IMG/VR virus record: IMGVR_UViG_3300032213_003144
Span: 1 to 64,000 of that record
Reading direction: 5' to 3' (one strand)
DNA from: a virus
DNA: 64,000 bases
The stretch's first letter is position 1. Each line of letters begins with the position of its first letter. A program made the translations under genes and the position numbers. Positions 10,449 to 20,555 of the stretch are shown here, one piece after another. The notes below the pieces were generated by a model. The model had not been told where the DNA came from, searched no databases, and saw only the letters and a list, made by a program, of their open reading frames with translations.

Positions 10449-10901
10449 CTAAACCTTATTGCGATAATCCCATACATGAATTAGTGGATACAAAGTACCG
10501 AGACACTCTAAATCTATTTCTTCATTATCTATGTCTGGAGTAGTACAGAACATACTTGCCTTAGCGTCTATCCCGTTATAGTTGTCTGGGTAGTTCTCTC
10601 TTACCGTTGCCACGAAATCATCAAATTGTTTTCTTCCGATATTCGCGAGTAGCGCTAGTTGGCAAGCGAATAAATCTGGCTCGGTAATTTTCGGCATAGT
10701 TAGAGATAGTGTCGCGCGATTATTTCGCTTTTGCTTTTCCCACTCATCACCGAATTGTTCCGTCAATACTTGTTTCACTTCTTTTGATTTTATTCCAAAG
10801 TGTTTTGCGATATCGCACACTGGCACTTCATCAAGAAACATCTCACATATGTATTTATACAATTTGGAATTGAGCGATATCTCGGTCATGGCGTTCCCCA
10901 T
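10449..10901 (-). CDS. hypothetical protein with N-terminal HTH-like segment
   Basis: VCDIAKHFGIKSKEVKQVL. Confidence 0.6.
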   Translation of the reverse strand: MGNAMTEISLNSKLYKYICEMFLDEVPVCDIAKHFGIKSKEVKQVLTEQFGDEWEKQKRNNRATLSLTMPKITEPDLFACQLALLANIGRKQFDDFVATVRENYPDNYNGIDAKASMFCTTPDIDNEEIDLECLGTLYPLIHVWDYRNKV

Positions 10902-10910
10902 AGTTATCTA

Positions 10911-11531
10911 TTAGTAATAGTTATCTATTAGTAGTATTTCGCTTTCACCCCTACGGGTGAAGTAGGCGATAGCGTCATCACGCTTTATGGTTCGCTCTAG
11001 CACGATAGGCTCATCATCATCCAGTGTGAGACGTTCTGAAAACCACTTCGCTCTGCTCGCGTCAAGTGTCCACGAAAATCCATCTTCGTTCTGTCCAGCG
11101 ATACATCCACGATAGACCGTCAGCGTCTCATCTAGTTTTTTGTATTCTTCATATTCTTCTTCGTTCATTATTAGGTGACTGCTCGCTCTGTCTGACTCCA
11201 GTAGTGAGCGCCATACATATTTGTCCTGCCACATATTTTCAGTACCGACACATACGTCACCAAGTAGCGCCCAATACTGCTCATCAGATAGTGAGTCGGC
11301 TATTTCATCAAATGCACTAATGCGATAAGGCTTTTCGTGGAGATAGATATAGGTGCTGTATTCCTTGTTCTCCAGCGCGCGCTCGGTGGCGTTCTTTTTC
11401 TGGACATACATCTCGTTTATCATGCCGATATCAAATAGCCCAATAACGTGAACCAGTGGATGAGATACGCGCTTACCGAATATGTCACACTCGTAAACGT
11501 AATCCTGTAGTTCTTCTAGTAGTTGTTCCAT
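10911..11531 (-). CDS. putative ADP-ribosyltransferase-fold protein (R-S-E type)
   Basis: TLTVYRG, GFSWTLD and RGESEILL motifs in order; start re-assigned to MEQLLEE. Confidence 0.55.
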   Translation of the reverse strand: MEQLLEELQDYVYECDIFGKRVSHPLVHVIGLFDIGMINEMYVQKKNATERALENKEYSTYIYLHEKPYRISAFDEIADSLSDEQYWALLGDVCVGTENMWQDKYVWRSLLESDRASSHLIMNEEEYEEYKKLDETLTVYRGCIAGQNEDGFSWTLDASRAKWFSERLTLDDDEPIVLERTIKRDDAIAYFTRRGESEILLIDNYY

Positions 11532-11755
11532 ATAACCAATGTACCAATTCAGTAACAGAATAGCAAGGGTTATCGGAAGCCCCCCGTGTTCTAGCTCAGA
11601 ACAAATCACCAGAAGCCCCGGCCAAAACGCTGGCGCACCCACCAAAAGAGGTGGGCTTGCCCTCAAAGTGCGGGGCTTGTCCCCCTGTCGAGCGGCTAGT
11701 CTGTACCCGGGTTGGTACGATGTCCGTCTACGGACATCTACCACAAGGAGCACAC

Positions 11756-12061
11756 ATGGAAAAAAGACATCACCCACACGCTGCGGAAATAATCGCAGCA
11801 ATCAAAGCCCTACCCGCTTACAACGACCCGCAAAACCTTTTCGAGTCGGAGCTGCGCGAGTGCTACGAGGACTCCGACTTCATTGAGGACTTCGGCTTTA
11901 ACCACGAAACTGGCAAGCCGAACTCCGTCAAGACGGCTGTGAAATATGTTCTCGAGCGCTGCGAAATTCGGCAAGATGTTTTCGGTTGGATTGTCGAAGA
12001 GGGTGACCGAGAGCGAGAGGCTGCTCACGAGGATTTGCGCAAGGAAATCTTCGGCAGCTGA
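11756..12061 (+). CDS. hypothetical protein
   Basis: AAGGAG RBS; promoter at 11692-11721. Confidence 0.7.
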   Translation: MEKRHHPHAAEIIAAIKALPAYNDPQNLFESELRECYEDSDFIEDFGFNHETGKPNSVKTAVKYVLERCEIRQDVFGWIVEEGDREREAAHEDLRKEIFGS

Positions 12062-12352
12062 ACTCCTCGCGGCGAGTTGCTCACGCACTTCGTGCGTGGG
12101 CTTCTCGCTTGGGAGAGCCCCGGCTCAACACGAAAACCGCGGGGCTTTCCCCTTCGGGGAAGGCTTCGGCGTCACGGGGGGCTTCCGATAACACGGCTGG
12201 CGCACACCTACGGTGTTTGCCCTCAACCTCGCAGGGCTACCTCTAATAGATAACTCTCGGACTAGGACAATCTCTAATAGATAACTAATGGTGGCAAGTC
12301 TGTAAGCGTCTTACTAGGCTTGTAGTACCACTACAACCACAAGGGGGCAAGT

Positions 12353-12838
12353 ATGAGCGAAGTACCAACCAACCGAATAGATGTTGCTGTTGCTTATTTG
12401 GAATTGCATTATCACGCTAATTCTTTCTATGCGAGTTTGTTCTATTCATTTCAGAAAAATGGAACTCTGACCATCAAGCAGATAGAAGCCGTTGAGAAAG
12501 ATATCGCTATTGCTGAATTGCGTGTCAAGTCGGAAGTAAATCCCGTGACTGTTATCGGTATGTACCGAAATGCTGACGGTGTGTTTCGTGTGAAGCAAAG
12601 CAAGGAAAGTGGCAATCTCTACGCTATGCGTCTTGTTCCAGAAGCAACCACCAAGTCAGAACGCTTTACATACGAGCGTGGTGGCATTTATAAACTCACG
12701 GCTGATAATCGTATGACCGTAGAGGAGTGCGCTGAACTTGGCTTGCTGTACTCAATGTGTGTCATCTGTGGCGCAGACCTCACCGACCCAAAGAGCGTTG
12801 CTCGGGGTATGGGTGCTACTTGTGCCAAGAACGTCTAA
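12353..12838 (+). CDS. DUF6011-type zinc-ribbon protein
   Basis: C-terminal CVICGADLTDPKSVARGMGATCAKN. Confidence 0.75.
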   Translation: MSEVPTNRIDVAVAYLELHYHANSFYASLFYSFQKNGTLTIKQIEAVEKDIAIAELRVKSEVNPVTVIGMYRNADGVFRVKQSKESGNLYAMRLVPEATTKSERFTYERGGIYKLTADNRMTVEECAELGLLYSMCVICGADLTDPKSVARGMGATCAKNV

Positions 12839-12868
12839 TCACTAATAGATAACTAGAAAAGGGGAAAA

Positions 12869-13150
12869 ATGAACATCATCACATCAGTATTCATAAGCGC
12901 ATTATTTCTATCCAGTCCGTTATGGCTTGCTGTAATTATCGGAAAACTCAAGTCACGCCGAGAAGCCAAAAAAAACCTAATCCAAGACACGATAGAGAAC
13001 GCTATGCGTCAAGGATACGACTGGGGCTATGAGACGGGCTACCTAGACGCAGAACTAGAAAAAGACCCAAACTACACACCAAGTCCAAGTCCATTTAGTT
13101 ACTGGAACATTGGATATAACCAACCACAACATCAAGGAAGCGAGAAATAA
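12869..13150 (+). CDS. membrane protein
   Basis: N-terminal TM helix; AGGGG RBS. Confidence 0.7.
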   Translation: MNIITSVFISALFLSSPLWLAVIIGKLKSRREAKKNLIQDTIENAMRQGYDWGYETGYLDAELEKDPNYTPSPSPFSYWNIGYNQPQHQGSEK

Positions 13151-13152
13151 TT

Positions 13153-13458
13153 ATGAACACTGAATACGAAACCGATACCTATCAGACCGAGTGCGTTCAT
13201 TGTGAGCGTGAAGCGAACTGGTCTGAAATTGACCCGAACACCGATTATCCATTTGGGTTCATTGAGGACAAGTGGGAGAACCTGTGGTGCGAGGAGTGCT
13301 ACAACGAGGACAGGAAGCAGAGCCGTAGTGGGGGCAATGAGCGTCACTCGTCTATTAGTGACTACTCACATTGGAACGAGGAAGCGTCTATCGTCAAGGC
13401 ACAAGAGGACAGATACTCTGACTACTATGCCGAGCCAAAGGAATATGACGATTACTAG
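13153..13458 (+). CDS. hypothetical protein with two CxxC pairs
   Basis: CVHC and CEEC. Confidence 0.65.
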   Translation: MNTEYETDTYQTECVHCEREANWSEIDPNTDYPFGFIEDKWENLWCEECYNEDRKQSRSGGNERHSSISDYSHWNEEASIVKAQEDRYSDYYAEPKEYDDY

Positions 13459-13514
13459 ACGTAGTCGGATTACGAGTTATCTATTAGTGATGGGGAACTA
13501 TCGCTAGTAGGTAA

Positions 13515-13769
13515 TTAGTTATCTATTGAGAATAGGTGAAGCGAGGTGCTTCGTGCTTCCCTGAATAAATATCCTGCGTCTGTAATCCACTTAGCAAATG
13601 CGTTCACCTCTGTAACAAGTTCGCTCATTGACACACCCCACTCTTTACATTGGTCATCAAAGTTGCCTTCGGCTATATCGCCCCAAACAGCCTCAATGGC
13701 TTGTGCGCCAGTTGTAGCGAGCGTGTAGTAATTCTCTGTAAGTATCAAAATTATTTCTTGTTTATCCAT
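13515..13769 (-). CDS. hypothetical protein
   Basis: 84 aa, preceded by TATGAT; ends in SIDN (13-bp box variant read in frame). Confidence 0.65.
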   Translation of the reverse strand: MDKQEIILILTENYYTLATTGAQAIEAVWGDIAEGNFDDQCKEWGVSMSELVTEVNAFAKWITDAGYLFREARSTSLHLFSIDN

Positions 13770-14064
13770 TTGCTCATCATACCGACACAGAACCTTTGCG
13801 ACTTATCGGAAGCCCCCCGTGTTCAGAGATGCGACAGCCCCACAGGGAAGCCCCGGCAAACACACCCGCCCGCGGGGCTTCTCCCCAGCTCGGCACCTGC
13901 GCGTCACGGGGGGCTCCCGATAACAAGCCCAGACGATTCACAACCTGCCGCGCGCTCTCGCGCTTGCCCACACGCGAACACGGCGCAATCTCTAATAGAT
14001 AACTTGGCAAGCCTGTACCAGCGCTGATATTCTAATAGATAACTACTACGAAGGGAGCAAGGTT

Positions 14065-14373
14065 ATGGGCAGAGTATTTGCAGAGGAATTGAGTAGCGAT
14101 GAGTTTGGTCTAGGTCTATCGGAGTCAATCCGTATTCACCTAGTGAGCAATCACTACCCACCAGTTCCAGCGTCAATGGTGCCAGTGTGCATGCAAGCGA
14201 TTCAGAGTTACAACGAGAATATGAACGGCGATGAGCGCTTGGAATTGCCTAACGGCGTATCGTGGCGAGGCGAGGCAACCGCGCCAGCATGGGCAATCAT
14301 TGAGAGTCACCACCTGCATGCTTGGTGCGATTCAGACGAGGATTACTACGATGAAGAGGGAGACGCGCAATGA
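14065..14373 (+). CDS. hypothetical phage protein
   Basis: AAGGGAG RBS; HLVSNHYPPVP motif. Confidence 0.7.
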   Translation: MGRVFAEELSSDEFGLGLSESIRIHLVSNHYPPVPASMVPVCMQAIQSYNENMNGDERLELPNGVSWRGEATAPAWAIIESHHLHAWCDSDEDYYDEEGDAQ

Positions 14374-14657
14374 GCGATGACACAAGGGTAATCACTTGCC
14401 TGAACGATGGTAATGAGGCAAGCCCATGCGAAGGCGTGGTGGAGTTCCATCCTGCGTTGCCCGTTCGTTGGCACAATTCAGGCGCAATGGTGCAATTCCC
14501 ACGATGCGCGGAGCACTACATGAAGTATTGCGATGCACACGATGAGCGCCAAGCGCGAGACGAACGGCATCGCGCAAGTCTGTACTGCGAACACGGTACT
14601 TACATTGGCGATGCTTGGGGCCCTGACTACTTGTGCGGTCGTTGCGAGTCCGAGTAA
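14370..14657 (+). CDS. Cys/His-rich hypothetical protein
   Basis: CEHG...DYLCGRCE. Confidence 0.65.
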   Translation: MSDDTRVITCLNDGNEASPCEGVVEFHPALPVRWHNSGAMVQFPRCAEHYMKYCDAHDERQARDERHRASLYCEHGTYIGDAWGPDYLCGRCESE

Positions 14658-14962
14658 CGCGAAGTTATCTATTAGTGATTCACGCCGATTCACTGATAGA
14701 TAACTCTGCATCGTGTGGGCAAGCGCGTGAGCGCGCGCCAGCGTTTGTCGAATGGCGTCGGGAGCTCGGTGCGGGGGAAGCCCCGCGGGGAACGGCGCTA
14801 GCCGGGGCTTATCCCCGAGCGATAGGCTCTGTTTGGACACGGGGGGCTTCCGATAACTCTCTGCTGTTTCTTTCTTTCTTTCTTATTCTGTGAGGGTGCT
14901 TGACTTTCTTTCCAGAGTTACCTAACCTAATAGATAACTACTAACCACAAAGGGGATACGCA

Positions 14963-15265
14963 ATGAACGCAAAGGAATTAGAACGACAAGAGAGAATAGA
15001 CGCACATTATCGGGCGTTAGCAAAAAACATTTGGCTATTTGGTCTTGCCAGTGTCATTGTTTCTCTTTTGATTTTTTTCGGTATGTCTAGTCCGTCTTAC
15101 TCTTGCCCTAATATCACGGTCACTGTTCAGCAAGGTGACACGCTTGACGGGATTATTCGTGAACACTGTTCAGGTACTTACACTGACGCACTTGACGATA
15201 TTGTGAGCGAATACGGCACGACTATCTACGCAGGGCAGACCGTCACACTTCCAGACGGTAACTAA
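14963..15265 (+). CDS. membrane-anchored LysM-domain protein (paralog of 2810-3142)
   Basis: TM helix plus VTVQQGDTLDGII...IYAGQTVTLP. Confidence 0.75.
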   Translation: MNAKELERQERIDAHYRALAKNIWLFGLASVIVSLLIFFGMSSPSYSCPNITVTVQQGDTLDGIIREHCSGTYTDALDDIVSEYGTTIYAGQTVTLPDGN

Positions 15266-15344
15266 TAGATAACTATTTGGCTAGTCTGTATCATCACCGA
15301 TAGTCTCACACCTAATAACTACTAGACACAAGGGGCAAAAAATT

Positions 15345-15830
15345 ATGGGTTACACGCATTACACATACCGACCACGCAAGAACGCAGGTTCGGCTTATAT
15401 GTTCGGAAAATTAGCGCTAGACGCTAAGACGATTTGCGATTACGCAAACGCAAACGGAATTCGTATCCGTAACGGCAACGGCGAAGGCGAGCCAGAATTT
15501 ACAGAATTTTATTTTTCTATAAATGGTGACGCTGAAGCCTTTACGAGTGACGGCAGAGACTTAGCCCACGAGAGTTTTTATTGGGCAGGTATTCCGAGCC
15601 AGCCAGAGTGGCGCAAAGATGAGCCAGATTTTTTTGAGTTTTGTAAGACTGCCTACAAGCCCTATGACGCCGTAGTGACGGCAATACTTATTCGGGCTAA
15701 GACTATCTATGGCTCTTGTGTCCGTATCTCATCTGACGGCGAGTGGCAAGAGTGGCAGGCAGGGCGTGAGATGTACGAGGCGATATTTGGCGAGGTTGCC
15801 GAGTGTCCATTTGAGAGGGCGAGCGTATGA
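15345..15830 (+). CDS. conserved hypothetical phage protein
   Basis: MGYTHY...FCKTAYKPYD...SSDG pattern. Confidence 0.75.
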   Translation: MGYTHYTYRPRKNAGSAYMFGKLALDAKTICDYANANGIRIRNGNGEGEPEFTEFYFSINGDAEAFTSDGRDLAHESFYWAGIPSQPEWRKDEPDFFEFCKTAYKPYDAVVTAILIRAKTIYGSCVRISSDGEWQEWQAGREMYEAIFGEVAECPFERASV

Positions 15831-15955
15831 GCGCCGAGCGAACACAAGAGCGAGTGACGCTCTCTAACACTTGCGCCGAGTGTGGGAGAGTGTTTGACTT
15901 GCTAGACGATACAGACGCACAAGAGTACGCCTACGGGCACGACTGCGAGGGCTAA
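15827..15955 (+). CDS. small zinc-binding protein (42 aa, not in ORF track)
   Basis: Hand translation ...CAECGRVFDLLDDTDAQEYAYGHDCEG; ATGA coupling. Confidence 0.6.
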   Translation: MSAERTQERVTLSNTCAECGRVFDLLDDTDAQEYAYGHDCEG

Positions 15956-16304
15956 TGCTTTCGGGTTATCTATTACTAATAGATAACTATTCCACCAATA
16001 CAAATAAAACAAAATCTCGACGCAAGCGCAACGAAGCCCCGCCAACGAAGTTTGACGCGGGGCTTCAACCTGCTCGCACGAACTGGTGTTCGCAAGCATT
16101 ACACGGGGGGCTTCCGATAAGTTTCGCTTTCCTGTGGGTGGGCGCAGGGGGTTTCTTTATTTACTCTTTATTATATTGACGGTGGTGGAAGACCCTTTCC
16201 CTAATAGATAACTATGGGTGTGGCTAGTCTGTACCTTGACTGATACGCTGACATCACTCCCGTTGTACCACCACAACTAGACCCAACTGGAGTGGAGAGA
16301 TAAA

Positions 16305-16733
16305 ATGACTAAGCCCATATCCATCAAAGTCAAGGTGAGTTCGCTCATCTCGGCTTTGGAGAAATCATTGGCAGAACGCAAGAAGCGTTACGAAACGCAA
16401 GAGCAAGAGGAAGCCAAGTTTGAGAAGGCAACAGAGGCGTACAACCTCTCTGTGCTGAAACTCATCAAGGCAGGCAAGGGAAACATTGAGGAAGCCTCAC
16501 GCAACCATTGGCACGACAGAAACAACAAGAACAAGGGAAAAGTTGCTTTTTCCGTAGTCGTTATGTTGCCTGCTGGTGCTTTGCCAAATGAGCCTGAGCG
16601 ACCTGAAAGTTACTCGGAGCGTGAGTACAAGCGAGATAGCGAAGCAATCTCACAAGCAATCCGTGTGCTGAAAATGTCCGAGCAAACAGAAGTCTCGGCA
16701 AGCACATACAAAGGCGTGGCTGAATACCTGTAA
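16305..16733 (+). CDS. hypothetical protein
   Basis: GGAG RBS; promoter at 16220-16249. Confidence 0.75.
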   Translation: MTKPISIKVKVSSLISALEKSLAERKKRYETQEQEEAKFEKATEAYNLSVLKLIKAGKGNIEEASRNHWHDRNNKNKGKVAFSVVVMLPAGALPNEPERPESYSEREYKRDSEAISQAIRVLKMSEQTEVSASTYKGVAEYL

Positions 16734-16754
16734 TCCCCTTCCAGAGAAAAGCCC

Positions 16755-16797
16755 AAAGGGCTGGTGGGCAAATCGCCTGCCAGCCCTTTCTCCATTT
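16755..16797 (+). terminator. stem-loop terminator candidate
   Basis: AAAGGGCTGGTGGGC-loop-GCCTGCCAGCCCTTT after the gene end. Confidence 0.6.
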
Positions 16798-17240
16798 ATC
16801 GGTGAAGTTATCTATAAAAGATATGGCGATTACCTCTAATAGATAACTCTAAACGCACTCCGATACACAGACGCTCGTAGTGTCTCGTTCGCATTACGCA
16901 GTTCGGCAATCTCTCTCTCAAGAGCGTTGAGCCTCTGTCGTGTTGCCAAGAAATCAAACTTATTGGAAGCCACCCGTGATATCGGGACAATGCTGGCAAG
17001 GGAGCCCCGGCTTTGATGCCTTCTCGACGGGGCTTCCTTCGGAGAAGGAACGCCTGCTGACACGGGGGGCTTCCGATAACTCTCGCCTTTGTCGCTCACT
17101 CACACACAGTAGCCCGAACGGGTGTTCGTATGCCCCAAGTCTCTAATAGATAACTGTCAAGGTATGTTGGAAAGTCTGATACTCGGGGTGTAGGGTAGTG
17201 GCTAGCCACAACCCACACCAACTAGAAAGAAGGTAATCAA

Positions 17241-17654
17241 ATGGCTACATCAGCAAGGGCAGTAGAGGCAACAGAGCAATATCTAAAGGCTCTGACACTC
17301 CAAGAGCAAGCCGAGCAAATGCTCGCAGAAGTGAAAGAAACAATGCTCGCCGTCTTTCAGGCAGAGGGCATTACCGAGACAGAAGTGAACGAACTCGTTG
17401 TAAAGGTTTCACCGTCATCACGCCGAAACTTTGACATTGAGAAACTCCGTGAGAAACTCACGCCTGCTCTCTTTCGTAAAGTGACCAAGCCGACAGTAGA
17501 TACACGGGCTTGGGATAGCGCACAGGACAAGGGTGAAATTAGCAAGAAAGTAATCTCAACCTGCGTAGAAGTGACAAGTTTCTTTCGTGTCACCGTCAAG
17601 CCTGCGAAGGGCGCACAGAAGCCAGCCACCAAACAGGTAAGCGAAGTCGCTTAG
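17241..17654 (+). CDS. hypothetical protein (coiled N-terminus, Gam/Gp157-like architecture possible)
   Basis: Helical N-terminus followed by a basic beta region; weak resemblance only. Confidence 0.6.
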   Translation: MATSARAVEATEQYLKALTLQEQAEQMLAEVKETMLAVFQAEGITETEVNELVVKVSPSSRRNFDIEKLREKLTPALFRKVTKPTVDTRAWDSAQDKGEISKKVISTCVEVTSFFRVTVKPAKGAQKPATKQVSEVA

Positions 17655-17732
17655 TCTGTCTAGTCTGTATCGGGGGCGTAAATGCCCCCGATACACTAAT
17701 AGATAACTCCAACTACTAGGAAAGGGGCAGAA

Positions 17733-18152
17733 ATGCCAACAGCATTACTACTAAAGACAACGGGCGAAGTAATCCCGTTAGAACTCACCAACGACAACGA
17801 CCACGAACTAATCCGTGAAAGTGTCGGGGGCTGGTTTGACTGCGTGAGAAATCACGAAAGGCGCATTGTCGGTTATGTTCACGACGAAGGGCTACTCATT
17901 GGACTGCCAGCAAATCCAGTTTCGTCGTTTCTCTTTGACCAAGTTCTCGCAGGTGACTGCGTTATCGTTGGCTCTTTCAGCGAGGCTGGAGAGTATGACG
18001 GAGAGAGCCACGAACTCCCTAAGATGTTTCACTCGGGTCGTTTCGTGGAAATGGCAAGCGAAATGGGCGCAGATATCAAACTCAATGAGAAACTAAACGC
18101 TCTGCTCGCTGGAGTGGACACAAGTTTTACAGTTACCGAGTGGTCTGAATAG
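17733..18152 (+). CDS. DUF3846-like protein
   Basis: VGGWF...DEGLLIGLPAN...LAGDCVIVG. Confidence 0.7.
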   Translation: MPTALLLKTTGEVIPLELTNDNDHELIRESVGGWFDCVRNHERRIVGYVHDEGLLIGLPANPVSSFLFDQVLAGDCVIVGSFSEAGEYDGESHELPKMFHSGRFVEMASEMGADIKLNEKLNALLAGVDTSFTVTEWSE

Positions 18153-18463
18153 TTATCTATGAGAGAGTGGTGCGAAATCCGTGCCACTCTCTCACGGAAG
18201 TATTACTAATAGATAACTCTCTCTAATAGATAACTCCAATTCCGTCAGGGGGAAGCCCCGCTGGAACGGCTTTCTGTCGGGGCTTCCCCCGAAGGGGAAG
18301 GCTTCGGCGCATACGGGGGGCTTCCGATAACTGGCGCACCCTGTCGCTTCGCTTCGGGTTTGCCCACAAGTGAGCCGACTATCCCTAATAGATAACTTGG
18401 TAAGTCTGTACCGTGCCTAGTATGATGAACTTGTAAGTAACCACCAACCACGAAGGGAATACC

Positions 18464-18910
18464 GTGAACATTACAGAGTTAGCCGAGAAAGTAGAAAGCG
18501 AAGTCAATGACAACCTTGGGTTTGACCTAAAGCAAGCCCTACTTGTATCCGTTACAGACGGACTATTTGGAATTGAGTTGTCCGACCCACTCGCACACGG
18601 AGATGTGTACGAACTCATTGAGAGTGACGCTTCATTGGAATTGGCGAAGCGTTCAGCCTTTATCGCAATTGTTACTTGTGGTTGGGCTGCGCCTATCCGT
18701 GCCAATGATGATGATGAAGTAGCACCAAGCCAACACCCTGACCGTAGGCGTGTCCGTCTAGTCGTACTCGCTAGCCGTAGTTCGGTAGCAAGTGTGCTTC
18801 GCTTTAGCGATACACCTGATGAGACAGTTACAGATGAAGGCAAGGCTACGGGTTCGCTCGCAGACGCTATTCTCAAACTGATGGCGCAGAGCGCAAGTCA
18901 CCTGAACTAA
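18464..18910 (+). CDS. hypothetical protein
   Basis: GWAAP...PSQHPDRRRVR; promoter at 18397-18426. Confidence 0.7.
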   Translation: MNITELAEKVESEVNDNLGFDLKQALLVSVTDGLFGIELSDPLAHGDVYELIESDASLELAKRSAFIAIVTCGWAAPIRANDDDEVAPSQHPDRRRVRLVVLASRSSVASVLRFSDTPDETVTDEGKATGSLADAILKLMAQSASHLN

Positions 18911-19149
18911 TAGATAACTCAAACTCTCGCCACGACACTCACCACCCCCCGAGTGTCGTGGCGTTAGTTATCTAATAGATAACTCAAACCAACTCGGCGC
19001 ACTCGGTCGGGGGGAAGCCCCGCCACCAACGCTTTTGGCCGGGGCTTTTTCGAGCTGAAAGCAAGAGCGCAACACGGGGGGCTTCCGATAAGTTGGCAAG
19101 TCTGTACCGTGTCCAGTATGATGACATCACCTAACCACAAGGAGAAAAA

Positions 19150-19452
19150 ATGGAAAATCACCTCACACTCATAAACGGCAGAACATCAGACCTGACTTTC
19201 GCCGAACCAGAAATTGGAGAAATCCTTGAGACTGGCGCAACGATACTCGCCCTCACGAAGCAGACAGAACGAGTTGTTGGAGACAGTTACGCAAGTTGGG
19301 TGACTGTCTGTTACAAGGCTGGAACTGATTACCACCCGTTTGTTGTTTGGACTGTTATCGCTCGCCCAGACGGTTTCTCGGCGCAGACTGGTGACTACGC
19401 TTTCACGCTCACGGAAGCAATGAGTTACTACGAGAGGCGTGGTGGCAAGTGA
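19150..19452 (+). CDS. hypothetical protein
   Basis: AAGGAG RBS; promoter at 19093-19122. Confidence 0.7.
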   Translation: MENHLTLINGRTSDLTFAEPEIGEILETGATILALTKQTERVVGDSYASWVTVCYKAGTDYHPFVVWTVIARPDGFSAQTGDYAFTLTEAMSYYERRGGK

Positions 19453-19715
19453 CCCGTATGTTCACTGAATACATCGGTGGAACGACTGACTGGTTTCAGT
19501 GCCTCTGTGGAAATCAGCCGAATTATGACGGTTTCTATTCGTGCCGAAGCACTGGAGAAATTGTCTCACCAACGCTCTATGGAGAGTGGGACGAAACTAC
19601 CTACCTCTGTGAGCGTTGTAGTCGGATTATCAACGGCAATACACTGGAAGTCATTGGAGTATGTTCAGAGCAAGTCGCTTTCAGCAATTCCAATTTTGAC
19701 TGGAATTCTTACTAA
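19449..19715 (+). CDS. zinc-ribbon-like hypothetical protein
   Basis: CLCGN...GFYSC...CERC. Confidence 0.65.
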   Translation: MTRMFTEYIGGTTDWFQCLCGNQPNYDGFYSCRSTGEIVSPTLYGEWDETTYLCERCSRIINGNTLEVIGVCSEQVAFSNSNFDWNSY

Positions 19716-19736
19716 TAGATAACTGGGAGAACGAAA

Positions 19737-19925
19737 ATGAGCAAAGCAGGCGAGCGAGTGAGGTTCATATCCTCATCAGACCCATACACAAAATTGCGTG
19801 AAGGTGATGAGGGTGTAATTACAAATGTAGATTCACTTGGCACGACACACATCAACTGGGATAGTGGAAGCACTCTCGGGATGATTCAGAGTGAGGGTGA
19901 CTGTTTTGAGATTATCGGGAACTGA
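19737..19925 (+). CDS. DUF4314-like protein
   Basis: GERVRF..DPY....GDEGVITNVDSLGTTHINWDSGSTLG. Confidence 0.75.
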   Translation: MSKAGERVRFISSSDPYTKLREGDEGVITNVDSLGTTHINWDSGSTLGMIQSEGDCFEIIGN

Positions 19926-19928
19926 CTG

Positions 19929-20297
19929 ATGTCTCTAATAGATAACTATTTCACTCGTATTTGGACGTTTCTATCTATCGCCTTTCAGATTCTCGTAGCA
20001 AGAATTCAGGAGAAAAAAGTAATCGGTGGAGAGGGTGAGGTCCATTGGGTTGACCTAACCAAAGAGGAGAGGCAAAACCTTGTAGGCATTTTCCCACACG
20101 GGCATAGTCTCTACTTCTCCATATCGCCAGAGCCAGTCGGTGCGATTTTTGATGACTACGGGATTCCAGATGATGAGGTCTTTCACTACTTCACGGGCAT
20201 ACGAGAGATTCTCAAGCACTCACTCGTAGCGCATGCAGAGGGCTGGCGAATCGCTTCATGCCACCTCGTTTCAGCCAAAGAGGACCTGCTGGATTAA
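19929..20297 (+). CDS. hypothetical protein
   Basis: 122-aa ORF; start uncertain. Confidence 0.55.
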   Translation: MSLIDNYFTRIWTFLSIAFQILVARIQEKKVIGGEGEVHWVDLTKEERQNLVGIFPHGHSLYFSISPEPVGAIFDDYGIPDDEVFHYFTGIREILKHSLVAHAEGWRIASCHLVSAKEDLLD

Positions 20298-20555
20298 CTA
20301 ATAGATAACTCGAATATTTTCTCAAAGAAGCCCCGCGTGCAACAAATGGGGCGGGGCTCCGACCTGACGAAGGCAGGCTCGGTGGACGGGGGGCTTCCGA
20401 TAACCAAGCAGTCACGGGGGGCTTCCGATAAGTCGGGCGCAGAAACTTGTGGGTCACTCTCTAATAGATAACTTTATATGACGGTGGTGGATGAGTTGTC
20501 AAGTCTGTACCTGTGGGGATATAGTGGGTCATACCACAACTACCTAAGGAACGAC

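Noticed and set aside
13803-13923. MITE or IS element with 18-bp terminal inverted repeats
   Set aside because: Internal sequence is not conserved between copies, most copies have only one end, and I saw no target duplications or transposase
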